The translations under genes and the position numbers were made by a program. Below, piece after piece: positions 11,611 to 23,153 of a stretch of 64,000 nucleotides of DNA (within the stretch, counting starts at the first letter, position 1; each line of letters opens with the position of its first letter). The stretch is from Lama glama. Lineage: Eukaryota. Location: positions 21,020,001 through 21,084,000 of the forward strand of contig CM052818.1 of NCBI GenBank assembly GCA_028534125.1, in the 5' to 3' direction. The notes beneath the pieces are model-generated. The model searched no databases, was not told the DNA's origin, and saw nothing but the letters and a program-made list of their open reading frames with translations.

Positions 11611-13299
11611 CGAGCTCCCCTCCCCTAGCTAGGTCCCCCTCTATAGATACTTCCCTCTCCAGAGGTCACACCACGTGGGGGGCTGCTTCACCCAGCAGGA
11701 GTCTGCTCCAGTTTAGAGGACTTAGGGGCTCATGCCCCCTTTAACCTTAGCTCAGACACAGGCCAGCTGTTTGCTGCACTCTGAACACCGCCTGCCCTTT
11801 CTCTTGCCCACTTCTGCCTGGCTGAGGGTGGGGGCAAGGGGAAGGAGGGAGAGTGTCAAAATAGCTTTATTTGAGAATGCCTTTTCTGGTGGGGGATGGA
11901 GTGGGCAGGGAGGAACCCAGACCTGGCCGGCCCAGGGGTGGCAGGACTTTGGTTTTGTTTTCAGATTAGGTACCTGCACTCGGTCAGCGCATCTGTTCTT
12001 CAGCTGTTTGGGTTTTCTTTGTTCATTTTGTTGATTTTCTGTGAGGTTATTTTTAGAGAATTCCAGCCTGTCTGAGTCCTGTAAAGGGGGACAGTGGAGG
12101 TGCAGCCCACACCTGGGCAGAACAAGGTGGACGAGGTGACTTGGTGACAAGGAGAACAAAAGAGCATTGCCAGTGAGGACAAAAACCCGGGAAAGAAAGG
12201 GACCAGCTGCTAAACTGTCCCCTCCTCCTGGAAGGGCCTCTTTTGGAGCCCTTTGATGAAAGAATTCTCTGTTTGTTTGTTTATTCAAAGATGAAATCCG
12301 CCCCCCCCCACCTTTGGGGAGTTAATCTACCCTAAGGACCTTGTGCTGACCTGGGTAAGGTGGGGCCTGCAGTCCTTTGGGAAGGAATGATCAGGAGGGA
12401 AGGACTGTGACAGCTAATGTCCTAGGGCAGCTTGAGGGAGGAGAGGGAAAGGGCACAGCGGGGTTGGGGGGGACTGCAGGAGTAGAGGAATGGTGGTAGA
12501 GGAAGATTTTGTAAATACAGTGTTTATGACTGCAGTGTAAATCTTGGCTTCCTCCCTCTCTACCATTCTCTCCTCCCCTCTGTCTTTTCCTGGTTTACTA
12601 GTCATCACCGCAGGAAAGATCTCTTCTTCAGAGACCTTGACATGCAGGTGGCATGGACTGGACAGTTATTACCTAGCCCCTTCTTCACCTTCCACCCCTC
12701 ATTCAAGACAGATTCACTGGGGGCTGAGACGAGGAGGCAAGAGTCGGGTTCCATCAGAGACGGTGTGGGATGAGGCCTGGGGTGAGTCTGAGTGGTCAGG
12801 CTGGGAGAAGCCTTCACCAGGACAGGAAGTGGCTCACCTCTGGGGTCCAGGCTGCCAGTGCTAACAAACACCCAGTGATGGGGCGGAGGGAGAAAGGGAA
12901 GGATCCTGCCCCTGATCTAGCCACTGAAAGTGAGAAGCTGATAATAGCAAGGAGGCCTGAAATGCACCTCATGGTAATGGAGCCATCTGGCACAAGCCCA
13001 CTGGGAAAGGAGGCCCCATCCGGGCTGCCAGGCCACCCTGTGCAAACAAGGGGTGTGGCCTTTCAAATCAACAGCAAGGTCCCAGTGGCTCCCTGGAGCT
13101 GGAGGCTGGCAGGGCCTCCCGTCTCCAGGCCACAGAGTAAGGAAGACAACATCCCAGGCCATCTATTTCTGGCCCTTGTGTGTGAGAGGCTCAGCTTTCC
13201 CCCACATAAAGTCCTGGGGAGCTGCACCGTGGACTTTTTATTAGCTCAGGTGGCTTTGCTTTTGAAAGCTTGTGGGCTCCTGGATGCATGGTAACAGCC

Positions 13300-13445
13300 A
13301 ACCTTATACTGCAAGTGCTGGGCACTATTCTGAGAGATTTTCTCTAAATCATCTCATTGAATCTTCATAACCACCCTCCAAGATAGGAATTGTCTCCATT
13401 TTATAGATGGGGAGACTGAGGCATGGGAAGCAGGCAGTTTGGCTC
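13300..13445 (-). mobile_element. MIR SINE
   Basis: TCTCATTGAATCTTCATAACCACCC...CCATTTTATAGATGGGGAGACTGAGGC. Confidence 0.75.
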
Positions 13446-14292
13446 CAGAGCAGTGCCCTTCTCTGCTGGGCGGCACTGCTCTGTTACTCCCTAGCACAAG
13501 CCAGAGTGGAGATCTGGCCTTGATGGTACGCTTAGAAACCAGATGTCCTAGAGATGTGGCCTGTGGGTGTTTAGTTGTTGCAAGTGATAGCATGCTGTCA
13601 GAATTGACTGTCACTTAACTTAGAGGCAGGTGGTAGTCATCTGGAGTGAGCTGGAGATTTCCTGGAGGGCAGTGGACCATGTTGGAATCATCAGTTCCCA
13701 CCCTGGGTCTGGCACCTAGGGAACCCTCACCATCTGGTAAAGAGGATTGAGCAGAACTGGAAAGACTTTTTAGTCCCATGCCTCCCCATCCCTCCTCCCC
13801 TTGATGAGGGCCAATTGGTGTCCCTGGGGGCCCTTTGACCTGAGAATCAGGTTAGGTGAGACACATCATGGGCCTTGCCCAATGCTCAGCTTGGATTACA
13901 TTGGAATCAAGCACCTGGGCAGGTCCCCAAGAGAAGTCTTGGGCTTGGGACAAAGTTACCTCCGGATGTATGGGAGCTTTGCCAGGTAATCATTGTAGGT
14001 AATGGCAAACACTTTGGATGAAGTTTCTAAGCTGGTTTAACACCCTTTTGGTATTTCTCTTATTTTATGGATTTATTTCATTCACCTGTTGAGAACATGC
14101 TCTGCCTTAATCTCTGTTCCCTGAGGAATGAAAAGCCAGATAAGTTTTTTGTTTGTTTGTTTGTTTTGTTTGTTTAAAGGCTACACTCCAATCTTCTGTG
14201 CTGGGCTTAGCTGGTCTTGCCACAGAACCTCCCGCCAACAGGCCCAGGCTATCAAATTGGAGCTCTAGTGATGCTTGGATCAAGATGCAATC

Positions 14293-15145
14293 ACTTCCTA
14301 TTTCATAGTATAGTATTAAGCTACAGTAATCGAAACAGTATGGTACTGGCCTAAAGTTAGACATATAGACCAATGGAAAAGAATAGAGAGCCCAGAAACA
14401 AACCCACACGTATATGGTCAACTGATCTTCAACAAAGTTGTCAAGAATATGCAATGGGGAACGGGTAGTCTCTTCAACAAATGGTGTTAGGAAAACTTGA
14501 TATCCACATACAAAAGAATTAAATTGGACCCTTAACTTATACCATATACAAAAATCAACTCAAAATGGATTAAAGACTCAAAAGTTATACATGAAGCTAT
14601 AAAACTCCTAGAAGAAAACATGGAGGAAAATAGTCATGACATTGGTCTTGGCAATGATTTCTTGGATATAACATCAAAAGCACAGGCATTAAAAACAAAA
14701 ATAGACAGGTGTGAATTCATCAAACTAAAAGGCTTCTGCATAGCAAATGCAACAATCAGCAGAGTGAAGACGTAACCTATGGACTGGGAGAAAATGCTTT
14801 CAAACCATGTATCTGTTAAGAGGTTGATCTCCAAAATGTGTAAGGAACTCCTACAACTTAAAAGCAAAAAAGCTAACAATTTATAATTGCCAATTTTAAA
14901 ATAGGCAAAGGATTTGAATAGACATTTCTCCAGAGAAGACCTACAAATGGCCAACAGATACATGAAAAGGTATTCAACATCACTAATCATCAGAGAAAAG
15001 AAAAGAAAAACCACAGTGAGACATTACCTCACATCTGTCAGGATGGCTATTATCAAAAAACACATGTTGATGAGGATATGGAGAAATTCAAACCCTTGCA
15101 AAATGGTACAGCCGCTATAAAAGCAGCATGAGATGTCTCAAAAAA
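14293..15145 (+). mobile_element. L1 ORF2 fragment (old L1M)
   Basis: AAGCTACAGTAATCGAAACAGTATGGTACTGG...; ORF 14914-15120 NRHFSREDLQMANRYMKRYSTSLIIRE matches L1 ORF2. Multiple lesions. Confidence 0.9.
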
Positions 15146-15189
15146 AGAAGAAGAAGAAGGAGAAGGAGAAGAAACTATAGGTTGGGTTA

Positions 15190-15585
15190 CAGGTGGAAGG
15201 ACCACATTCCTCCCTCCATCAATTATAAAATTGGTCCAGGGATGGACCTGTGACCCGATGACGGCCAAGGAACACATGTAACATCTTCTGGGGCCGTTAG
15301 GAGAGAGGAAAGTTCTCTTTCTAACTGGGCTTGAACCTGGAGTTCACTTTGCGGTGCAAACCTCTTGCCACCACAAGTGTAGAGTTGGTCTGAGAGTGGC
15401 ACCAACATGGAGGAAGCAAGACCAAGAGATGACCAGGTACGAGTGACTGTCATACAAGACCCTGAATCAAGCCATGCCTGAAGACACACCTATCCCCTGG
15501 ACTTTTCAACTGTGTAGTCAACATATTCTCTTTCTTCTTATATGAACTTGGGTTGGTTTTCTTGGAACAGAAAGTATGCTGTTAC
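15190..15585. mobile_element. Old MaLR LTR (MLT1J/K-like)
   Basis: CCTGAATCAAGCCATGCCTGAAG...CCCCTGGACTTTTCA...TTGGGTTGGTTTTCT motifs. Confidence 0.6.
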
Positions 15586-15877
15586 AATGTGGGCCTTGAA
15601 CTAGATGTGAGTGGATGAGGTGAATGAAGAGGACAACCCAGGCAGTGTCATGTGAACTAGTGTTGATGAGGGTATGGAAGTGGTATCCACGGAGCTGTGT
15701 GGAAACCAGCTGGGAGAGAAGGTCTTGGTGGACAGTGTGCAAAACACCCTGTAAGAGAACATGTGTTCTCACTTGTCCGGGTGCATTTATCTATGTGAAC
15801 AAATTCAATGGGATTACTGGGGAGTGGCATGTAATGGAAAGACAAAGGGAGACAGAGAGGGAGCTCTGAAGATATGG

Positions 15878-16110
15878 GAATAATAACAACAAATGCTCAC
15901 TTTACTACATGCTGGACACTGCGTTAAGCATTTTTTTCCCCATTTAATCCTTTCAACAGCCATGAGATTTTATTATGTCTCCATTTTACAGATGAGGAAA
16001 CTGAGGCACAAAGAACTTGCTCAAAATAACCCAGTTAACAAGTGCCAGACCTGGGATTTTAACCTGAAACCCCAAGCTGGCTAGATCCTGCATACTTAAT
16101 CTGCTCTCTT
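15878..16110 (-). mobile_element. MIR SINE
   Basis: CATTTAATCCTTTCAACAGCCATGAG...CCATTTTACAGATGAGGAAACTGAGGCACA. Confidence 0.85.
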
Positions 16111-17719
16111 CTGCTTCTCCGGATGTGGCGTCTGCCTTGGGGCAGCCATGCACCAGCGTGGTGGGGAGAGAAGGAAAGGACGCAGCTGTTGCCCAAAGGG
16201 GCCATGGGAGAATACGGAATTCAAATTTTCTTCCCCAGAGCCGGTCCTGATTTACACTTTGTTCGTTTTCACCCGTCTTTTTAAAAAATTTGCGGCTAGA
16301 CAAATGCTGAAACTCTGGCTCCCAGTCAGCAGCAACTCTTGGGACCAGCAGATGAGTCCAGGTGACTGCTCCTGGTCAGATCTGACAACCTCCCTGGCTG
16401 GCTGAAGACACTTAGAAGGGAGCTAGGTCTCTAGGCAAGCCCCTCGACTGGCCCCAGCTTGCCCCCTCCTCCTCCCTGTCTCTCTCCAGTTCTGTATCTA
16501 CTTCCCTTCGATTGCCTCAGGAAAAGGAAAGAAGAAATGTTTTTTAAAAAGAAACTGAATGAAACCGAACACTTGTATTTCCATCTATTGACATTGAATT
16601 GGTGCTTCTCCAGCCCAGCCATTTGGGACAAGTTTTTAACCGCCTCTCTTCGCCCGACAGTCTAATACAAACAGACCATAGAAAAATAAACTTTCCCCCC
16701 CAAATATTATCTTAGGCCTCATTTTATCATGCTTCCTTGAGCTGTCTCTGTAAAGGGAAGAAAAAAGAATGTAGGTTTTAGTTTGGGCAGGACTAGAGAG
16801 GGCCCATTCACCCATTCTCCCCAGTGTGGTCTGCTTCCCAGAGCACTCACTGTCTGTACCGTGTCCATTAGGCCTCCCTCAGGCCCTCCTCCTCTCCAGT
16901 TCTTGTTCATTCACCTGCAAAATGGGCTACTCACACCTGTCTGCAAGTTGCTGTGAGATAGAGTGGCAAACACAAGTACCTTTGGGACTCAGAAAACAGG
17001 GAAAGTATAAACAAGAGATGGGCTCCGCTCTAACTAGAGAGAAGATGCCCGGGTGGTCTCATTTAGCTTAAAATAAGCAAAAAAACCAAACCAAACCAAA
17101 CCCAAACAAACAAACAAACAAAAAAAAACCCAACAAGCAAAAACATTCTTGCATGCCGAAGCAAAACGTTATTCAAAGCTGGATTTGGGCTTGGGGCTAC
17201 CTGTTTTCAACCCCACAAGGATTGTGATGAATATGTGAAAGAGGTGGCTTAAATCCTCTTTAGGATGGGTGATTGTCACAATTTATCTTCTCATGGGGGA
17301 GAAAATGACAATCTTTCCTCTTTGCAGGTGGACTCTAAGGGGGTGGAGAGATGGGGAGAAAAACTGTGGATGTGCACAGCTTGGGGTGAATCCTTAGGGG
17401 GTCAAAGGCATAGCGAGAGAAGGCTGGGCCAGTGGAGTCATCTTGACCTTTATGACAGTTTTGCCAAATTTAGACCTTAGCAGCTTACCTGGATGTGAAA
17501 GAGCCCTAAGTTCTGGAAAAAAGAAAATTGGTCATTTACCCTGGTTTTCCTGTTCAAACTGTACCACCAACAACCAAATAGTAGAAGAAGGGAGTTTCTG
17601 AATTGGAATTGCACCTTGCTGAAACTCCAGATAAAAGAATGGTTCTTGGCTGAATCTTGGAATTGAACTGTTCATAATACAAAAATATCATTTGGTAGAT
17701 GATTATGTTCCTTTTGGTG

Positions 17720-17917
17720 AGCAAATGCACCACCACCTATGAAGCTGTCTTGCCAAAAATAATCAAGCCCAAATTTGATCAACCTACAGATCCAACCAGC
17801 AATTTAGAGGAACTACAAGGGTTAGAGGAACTACAATGGTCAGAGGAACACACAGACAGCACTAAGGGGATGCAAGTCGCAAAATACAAACTGTGAGAAA
17901 ATCTGCAGATGATCCCC
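17720..17917 (+). mobile_element. Ancient L1 (L1MC/ME) 3' region, left part
   Basis: CACCTATGAAGCTGTCTTGCCAAAAAT...GGGATGCAAGTCGCAAAATACAAACTGTGAGAAA. Appears to continue after the retrocopy. Confidence 0.55.
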
Positions 17918-18435
17918 TTTTTTTCACCTTCAAATTTTACTTTATTTGGAAACTATACAAATTCCTTATTTTAATATATAAAGGCTGTAGTACTCTATTA
18001 GAGACACATAAATATTATACATTTAGAAATTAAATATAATAAAATCTACACAACACTATGTAGAAACTTATGTGCACATTTCAAATGAGTCTGAGGTCTG
18101 GACATTCATACTCATCAGATTTATTTCTCCCTGGAAACAGGTGAAACTCGCTGGGAGATCACCCACAGGGGACACAAGGGGACTGGTTTTCATTATAGGA
18201 GGTCCATTTAGAAGTCACCAGTCAGTATGCCTGGCCAGCTTCCCAGTAAATATTTTGAAAAGAATTTTTGCAAACTCTTTCCCTTCACAGCTCCTAAGAT
18301 CTCCTCCAAATGGAATAAAGCTGAACCTGCATGCATCCTCTGGGGGGAGGCAGCACAAATTAGCAAGGAGTCAGTTCCTCCTTATTGATAAATTTAGCTG
18401 CTAGATCATGAGTATCACAGATACTATAGATAACA
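17918..18435 (-). pseudogene. CYP26A1: Processed, 5'-truncated pseudogene of CYP26A1 (retinoic acid hydroxylase)
   Basis: Minus strand translates VIYSICDTHDLAAKFINKEELTPC*FVLPP(fs)EDACRFSFIPFGGDLRSCEGKEFAKILFKIFTGKLARHTDW*LLNGPPIMKTSPLVSPVGDLPASFTCFQGEI, matching the recalled CYP26A1 C-terminus. Heme motif at 18281-18310, original stop at 18115-18117, then an AT-rich CYP26A1-like 3'UTR, AATAAA (17941-17946) and a poly-A remnant (17918-17924). Confidence 0.92.
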
Positions 18436-18790
18436 AATAAACTCTTCAACAAATAAATTCATAAGGGGAAGGGAGTGGACAGGAAATCTGTACATTAAAA
18501 GAGACAAAAGTATTTGAAAAGTAAAACTAAGCCACAGTTTTCAGAGATGCACATATGGGTGATAATGCTGTGAAGAAAGGAAGGAGGTCATTATCATAAA
18601 GGCAGTTAAGTGGTAACTGATAGAGGGCAGGGTGGGGTCTGTGGGGGGATGAGGCAGACAGGAGCTTCTGAGATGGCTGACTGAGTTCTGTTTCATGATG
18701 TAAATAAAGGTTAAAAGTGTTCACCTTATAGTAATTTATTAAACTATACATCTATTTTCAGTATTTATGCATTTTTGACCATATATTTTA
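18436..18790 (+). mobile_element. Ancient L1 (L1MC/ME) 3' region, right part
   Basis: TCTTCAACAAATAAATT...TTCAGAGATGCACATATGGGTGATAA...GGAGCTTCTGAGATGGCTG...GTGTTCACCTTATAGTAATTTATTAAACTATACA. Confidence 0.6.
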
Positions 18791-18949
18791 ATTTGTTTTC
18801 AGTATATGCCCTTAATTCTTCCTCTACCATTCCCGCACCACCCCCTCACTCCCATATTGGAGCCTTTTTGACTATTAGCTGCCAATTTCTGGGTTCTGAG
18901 TTCTGTCCAGTTCCCTGTCCTCCTTCTCCTAGGTTCTCTCCTAATTATA

Positions 18950-19277
18950 TAGTCTAACAATTAGAACGAGCTATTATGCTGCAGAAACAAACAACCCTAA
19001 GATCATCATGGCTTAAACCAAAGGTTTACATCTTGCTTATGCTTTGTGTCTGTGACACCTTAGCAGGGTCCTCAGGCTAACAGAGCAGCCACCTTCTCAG
19101 ATATCCTCAGGGGCTGTGCCAGCACTGACTAGCAATAGAATGCATTGGCATGGAAGTAATACATGTAACTTCTGCTCACAATTCATTGGCCAGAAGTAAT
19201 CACATGCAACTACCCACAAAGTAGGTGAAATGCAGTGCTGGAAATGTGCTCAGAAATATTTGGTAAACAGCATTCAT
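18950..19277. mobile_element. Old MaLR LTR (MLT1I/L-like)
   Basis: TATGCTGCAGAAACAAACAACCC...ATGGCTTAAA; ACTTCTGCTCACAATTCATTGGCCAGAAGTAATCACATG. Confidence 0.65.
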
Positions 19278-19279
19278 AA

Positions 19280-20522
19280 AATACTCCTTGCTTTGCATGG
19301 TTCTGATATGCACAAATTTCAGTTACCATGATTTAGTTAAATAATACCAATCCCCAACAAAATGGCTCAAATTTGAGTCACAGTAATTGCATGGAGTACA
19401 AATTTCACTGCCTGCTCTTCAGGCCACAGATCACTTTGTAAACAACAGATGTGCATCACATTACTTCTTTCAAAGTCTATCTGTGATTGGTCACCATGCA
19501 TCGGCTATTCAGTTCATGCACAGACAGCAAAACATGTAGCTGTGTTGCCTCTTTGTCTTTTGATGATAAACTAACGTGATAGTTTGCAAAAATGGATAAT
19601 CTAGAGAGGGTTAGCTAACAGAAATACAACAAAGAAACAAAAAGTGATAATGGAAATGAAATTGGATGTGATTAGAAGATTTGAAACTGGCAACAGCAAA
19701 GCAAAGACAGGATAAGACACAGGGCCTCTAGAAGCTATGGTGCAAACCATATTGGAAAAGTCCAACAAGTATTAAAAAAACAAGGTAAAGTCACTTCATT
19801 ATCTTTTACATTAAATTGCACTAGAAACAGTCACTTATGGTTGAAATGGAATATTTTCTTCTATTTTGGACTAAAGACTAATATTTTAAAATCCTAATTA
19901 GTCTGGCTAGCATTCAGTACAAAGCATTGAAGTAAGTTGATACATCAAAAGAAAATGGTAATTGCAAGAAGACTAATGAAGAACCTTGTACTGCTAATAA
20001 AGGCTGGTTTTATTATTTCAGAATTCAGCATGAGTTGATTGATGTTAAGCTACTGGTGAAGCTGCTATTTCAGATAAGGATGCTGCAGTGAAATTTGCAC
20101 CCAAATTCCAAGAAAATGAACACGTCTCAGAGGAAGAGACGCCAACAAAACTTTACCAAAAATGAGTGCTCATAGACATTTCATGGCAAGAGCGACAGAT
20201 AAAATATTGCAAGCTGACCCAAACTTAGAAATGTGACAATGTACCAAGGTATAGAAAAATGCTTGCTCCACATCATGTTATACACTTTCATTCTCAATGT
20301 TTTTAATATTTTAAATTACAGTGTAATAAGTAAATAGCTTTACTAGTTTTTCATTTCCCAATGCATTTATGACCAATAGTAAGAGAGATTTTAATGTTTT
20401 GACAAAATTTCCTAAGATCACAAAACAATCATCATTTTCCCCATTGATTATCAAGATCACTTTGCAGGGTTGCAACTTTAACAGTCATTTTTATGTCCTG
20501 TGCTCTCATGCAAAGGACTGCC
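19280..20522 (+). mobile_element. Tigger (pogo/TcMar) DNA transposon, Tigger6-like, with decayed transposase
   Basis: Imperfect inverted ends (CTCCTTGCTTTGCATG ... CATGCAAAGGACTG). From about 19632 it reads KKQKVIMEMKLDVIRRFETGNSKAKTG*DTGPLEAMVQTILEK, and at about 19993-20095 ANKGWFYYFR...GEAAISDKDAAVKF, resembling the CENP-B/Tigger N-terminal DNA-binding region. Confidence 0.85.
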
Positions 20523-20810
20523 ATAGCTGGTTTGTGCAGAGTTAGATTACAATTCCTCCACGTCTGCTTGTGCCCACTCAGTTATGTGGAGTTTAAGGAA
20601 ACTCCTGGAAAGAGAACTTGAACCACTAGCATTAGGTAGGTATAGGGGTTCCAGGTATAGCTTGGAGGCTGTTATTCAACCCCAACCTGATCCAGCCACC
20701 TTGATGGCCTGTGTGTGACTCTGAGTGGGCAAGAACTTTGTGGGCAATATGACATGAATTGGACCCATTTAGAGGCCATGCCATCCTGCTGTGGGATCCA
20801 GCTTAAAAAT

Positions 20811-20833
20811 ACACACACACACACACACACACA
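20811..20833. repeat. (AC)n microsatellite
   Basis: Direct reading. Confidence 0.95.
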
Positions 20834-21325
20834 TTCTAGACAAAGGGAATGTGTTTCTTCATTCACTTCATGAGAGGGTAGATGTATCAAGATAACAACT
20901 GAAATAGAGACTCAAACTCTGGTCAGGGCTGAGCATCCATGGGGCCTCCTCAGACCATCTGGGCCTTGTGGCAACACCCAGAAGCCGGCTGATACCCAGG
21001 AGCAGCATTGCTAGTGGGAGCCACCACCCCCAGGGAGAGCGGAGGGGCTGTCAGCACTGGGTGAGAGCAACAGCCTCAGGAGAGGGTTGAGATCAGGGGC
21101 TGAATGACAGTTTGATCTGTGGAGAGTGTGTGGGCTCCAGAGAGTTGCTCAGATGTTCTAGGATGGCAGTGGGGGAGGGTTAGTGGAAAAAGCCTCACAA
21201 GGGTGCTGAGGTTCCAAAGCTACATTTAAGGGGAGCTCCGCACTAAGGGAATTCAGACTACATCAGTAAGACCTCATTTTCCAAACTGGCAGTGAGGCCT
21301 GGAGACGTTAGGGTTGTGTACAGAT

Positions 21326-21460
21326 AGGGTGACCATATAATTTATTGTTCAAACTGGGAATATTTTTAAAGTGAAAGGGATTGCTACTAATAATTAAATC
21401 TTTTAATTATTAAAGGCACAAACAGACTGTCCCCGACAAACCACACCATTTACTCGCCTG
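21326..21460. mobile_element. MER94-like hAT-Blackjack MITE
   Basis: Starts AGGGTGACCATATAATTTATTGTTCAAACTGGGA...AGTGAAAGGG...ACTAATAATTA. Confidence 0.75.
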
Positions 21461-21759
21461 AGTTACGGATAAGGTCAGGGTGGCATATCACAACATCCAC
21501 CATGCAAAGGGAGAGGAGAGTGTGAATAAAAATATTATAAAGATGTGTACTTTAAATTCGATCACTAGTCAGATCCTGCCAAGGAAAGATCTTATTGCAT
21601 CTGCTTTGAAGAAGAGTTGGGACTTAGTTTAATTAGCATACCAACTGCTTATCTGCAAAAATGGGATTTATTCTCTCAAATTAATTTTTAAAAAAGCACC
21701 ACTCTTCTTGGTACTGCTTAGAAAAGTTTTTCTCTATGTGGTAATGTTTGTATTTCAGA

Positions 21760-21980
21760 CACTTACATAGGACTTACTAATAATGTTCCAGGCACAGTGT
21801 GATGCACTGTTGAAACGTTAACCCATTTAATTCTCATAACAAAGCTATGAAGTAGGCACTAGAGACAAGGAAACAGAGACCCTGAGATGAAGTAATCAAA
21901 CGCAAGTGGAGGTGCCAGGATCTGGACCCAAGTATCATATCTTCAGAGGCTGCATTTGTAACCATGATGTCATGCTGGCT
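21760..21980 (-). mobile_element. MIR SINE
   Basis: CCAGGCACAGTGTGATGCACT...CCCATTTAATTCTCATAACAAAGCTATGAAGTAGG. Confidence 0.65.
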
Positions 21981-23055
21981 CTTGAATCCACCTTTTAATT
22001 TAGTAGACACTGAATCACTGCAAAGTAATTTGACGAGTATTTATTGAGTTCCTATTGGTTGCCCATGTCTAATCTTTGAAGAAAATAAAACTCTCTTCTC
22101 TGAGGTGATACAGAGAAGTAAAATGATAATAATAATGACAGCAACAGCAATATCTAACACGTTGTGAGCTTTTACTGCATGCCAAGCACTGTCCCAACAA
22201 CTTTCCATGCATCACATTTTTTAAACACGCCAAAATCTTAGTATCTACCCAGAAGGAGATTCTGATTAATGAGAAAGCAAGACAGAAAATAGTTACATAC
22301 CCATGTGTAAGGCATGAATGATTAAGGACCCTGATGCGCAGGACAGGCTGTCACTGGGTGAAGTGGCTGGGGTCAGAGATAGGGGGCTTAAACCCTAGAA
22401 AGTTTACAGGAGTCCCTCTCCAGCTAATTAAAAAAAATGAGCATTACTAAAAGTAACAAAATAAAAGTAAAGAAATATAAGAAAATTTATATTTTCCCAT
22501 GATGATTATTTCAGTACTTTAAAAAGAAGTTTTCTGGTAACAAATTCTTTCCTAACAATGCTTTTAGTTGTCCGTGCTTTGCTACTGCTAAATTTGGTGT
22601 GATCTGCAGTTTGGGCAATCTAGTTCTAGAGGAAGAAGAGCTAATTGAGGACCAGTAGAGTTAGCAAGCTTCATGGATTTTGAAGGATGGGTAGAGTTGA
22701 AAAAGGGGAAAGAGGAAAAAAGGATGTGCCTGGCTGGAGGGGCAGTGAAGGACTGAGAATACTGGCCTCACTGCAGCGTGTGGTGTGTGCAGCGGGGGCA
22801 CCTAGGTTGGGCAGATAGTTTGGGAAGGTATTTTAAAGACCTTGAATTCCTGGTCAAGGGGTGTGCAAAATATCCCATATGTATGGGATGCTTTGGGAGA
22901 TTGATACAATTTTTTTTCCTGTCATTGTCTCTCCTCACTTAAATCTGAACGCCCAGGAAGCTAAGGTACTCAAAGCCCTCTTAAGCAGAAGTCCCAAGCA
23001 GTGGGTACCTAGGATCCCTGGTGACCCCAGTGGCACTTGCCTATGCTGTGCTCTG

Positions 23056-23153
23056 TAATTTTTTTATGGAAGTATCAGTTACAGTGTATCAATTTCTGGT
23101 GTACAGCACAGTGTCCCAGTCTTGCATATACATACATATATTTGTTTTCATAT
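23056..23153 (-). mobile_element. ~100-bp L1 3' tip
   Basis: Same 3' terminus as 4360-4460 (CAGTTACAGTGTATCAATTTCTGGTGTACAGCA). Near-TSD TGTGCTCTG at 23047-23055 and TGCGCTCTG at 23154-23162. Confidence 0.85.

Noticed and set aside
11732..13294. ORFs of 100-178 aa (e.g. 11752-12288, 12770-13294)
   Set aside because: No recognisable homology or exon structure; consistent with chance ORFs in moderately GC-rich DNA.
17804..17839. Short tandem duplication TTAGAGGAACTACAA x2
   Set aside because: A local slippage duplication inside an L1 remnant, not an array.
18072..18404. 110-aa + strand ORF
   Set aside because: It lies antisense to the CYP26A1 pseudogene and has no independent support.
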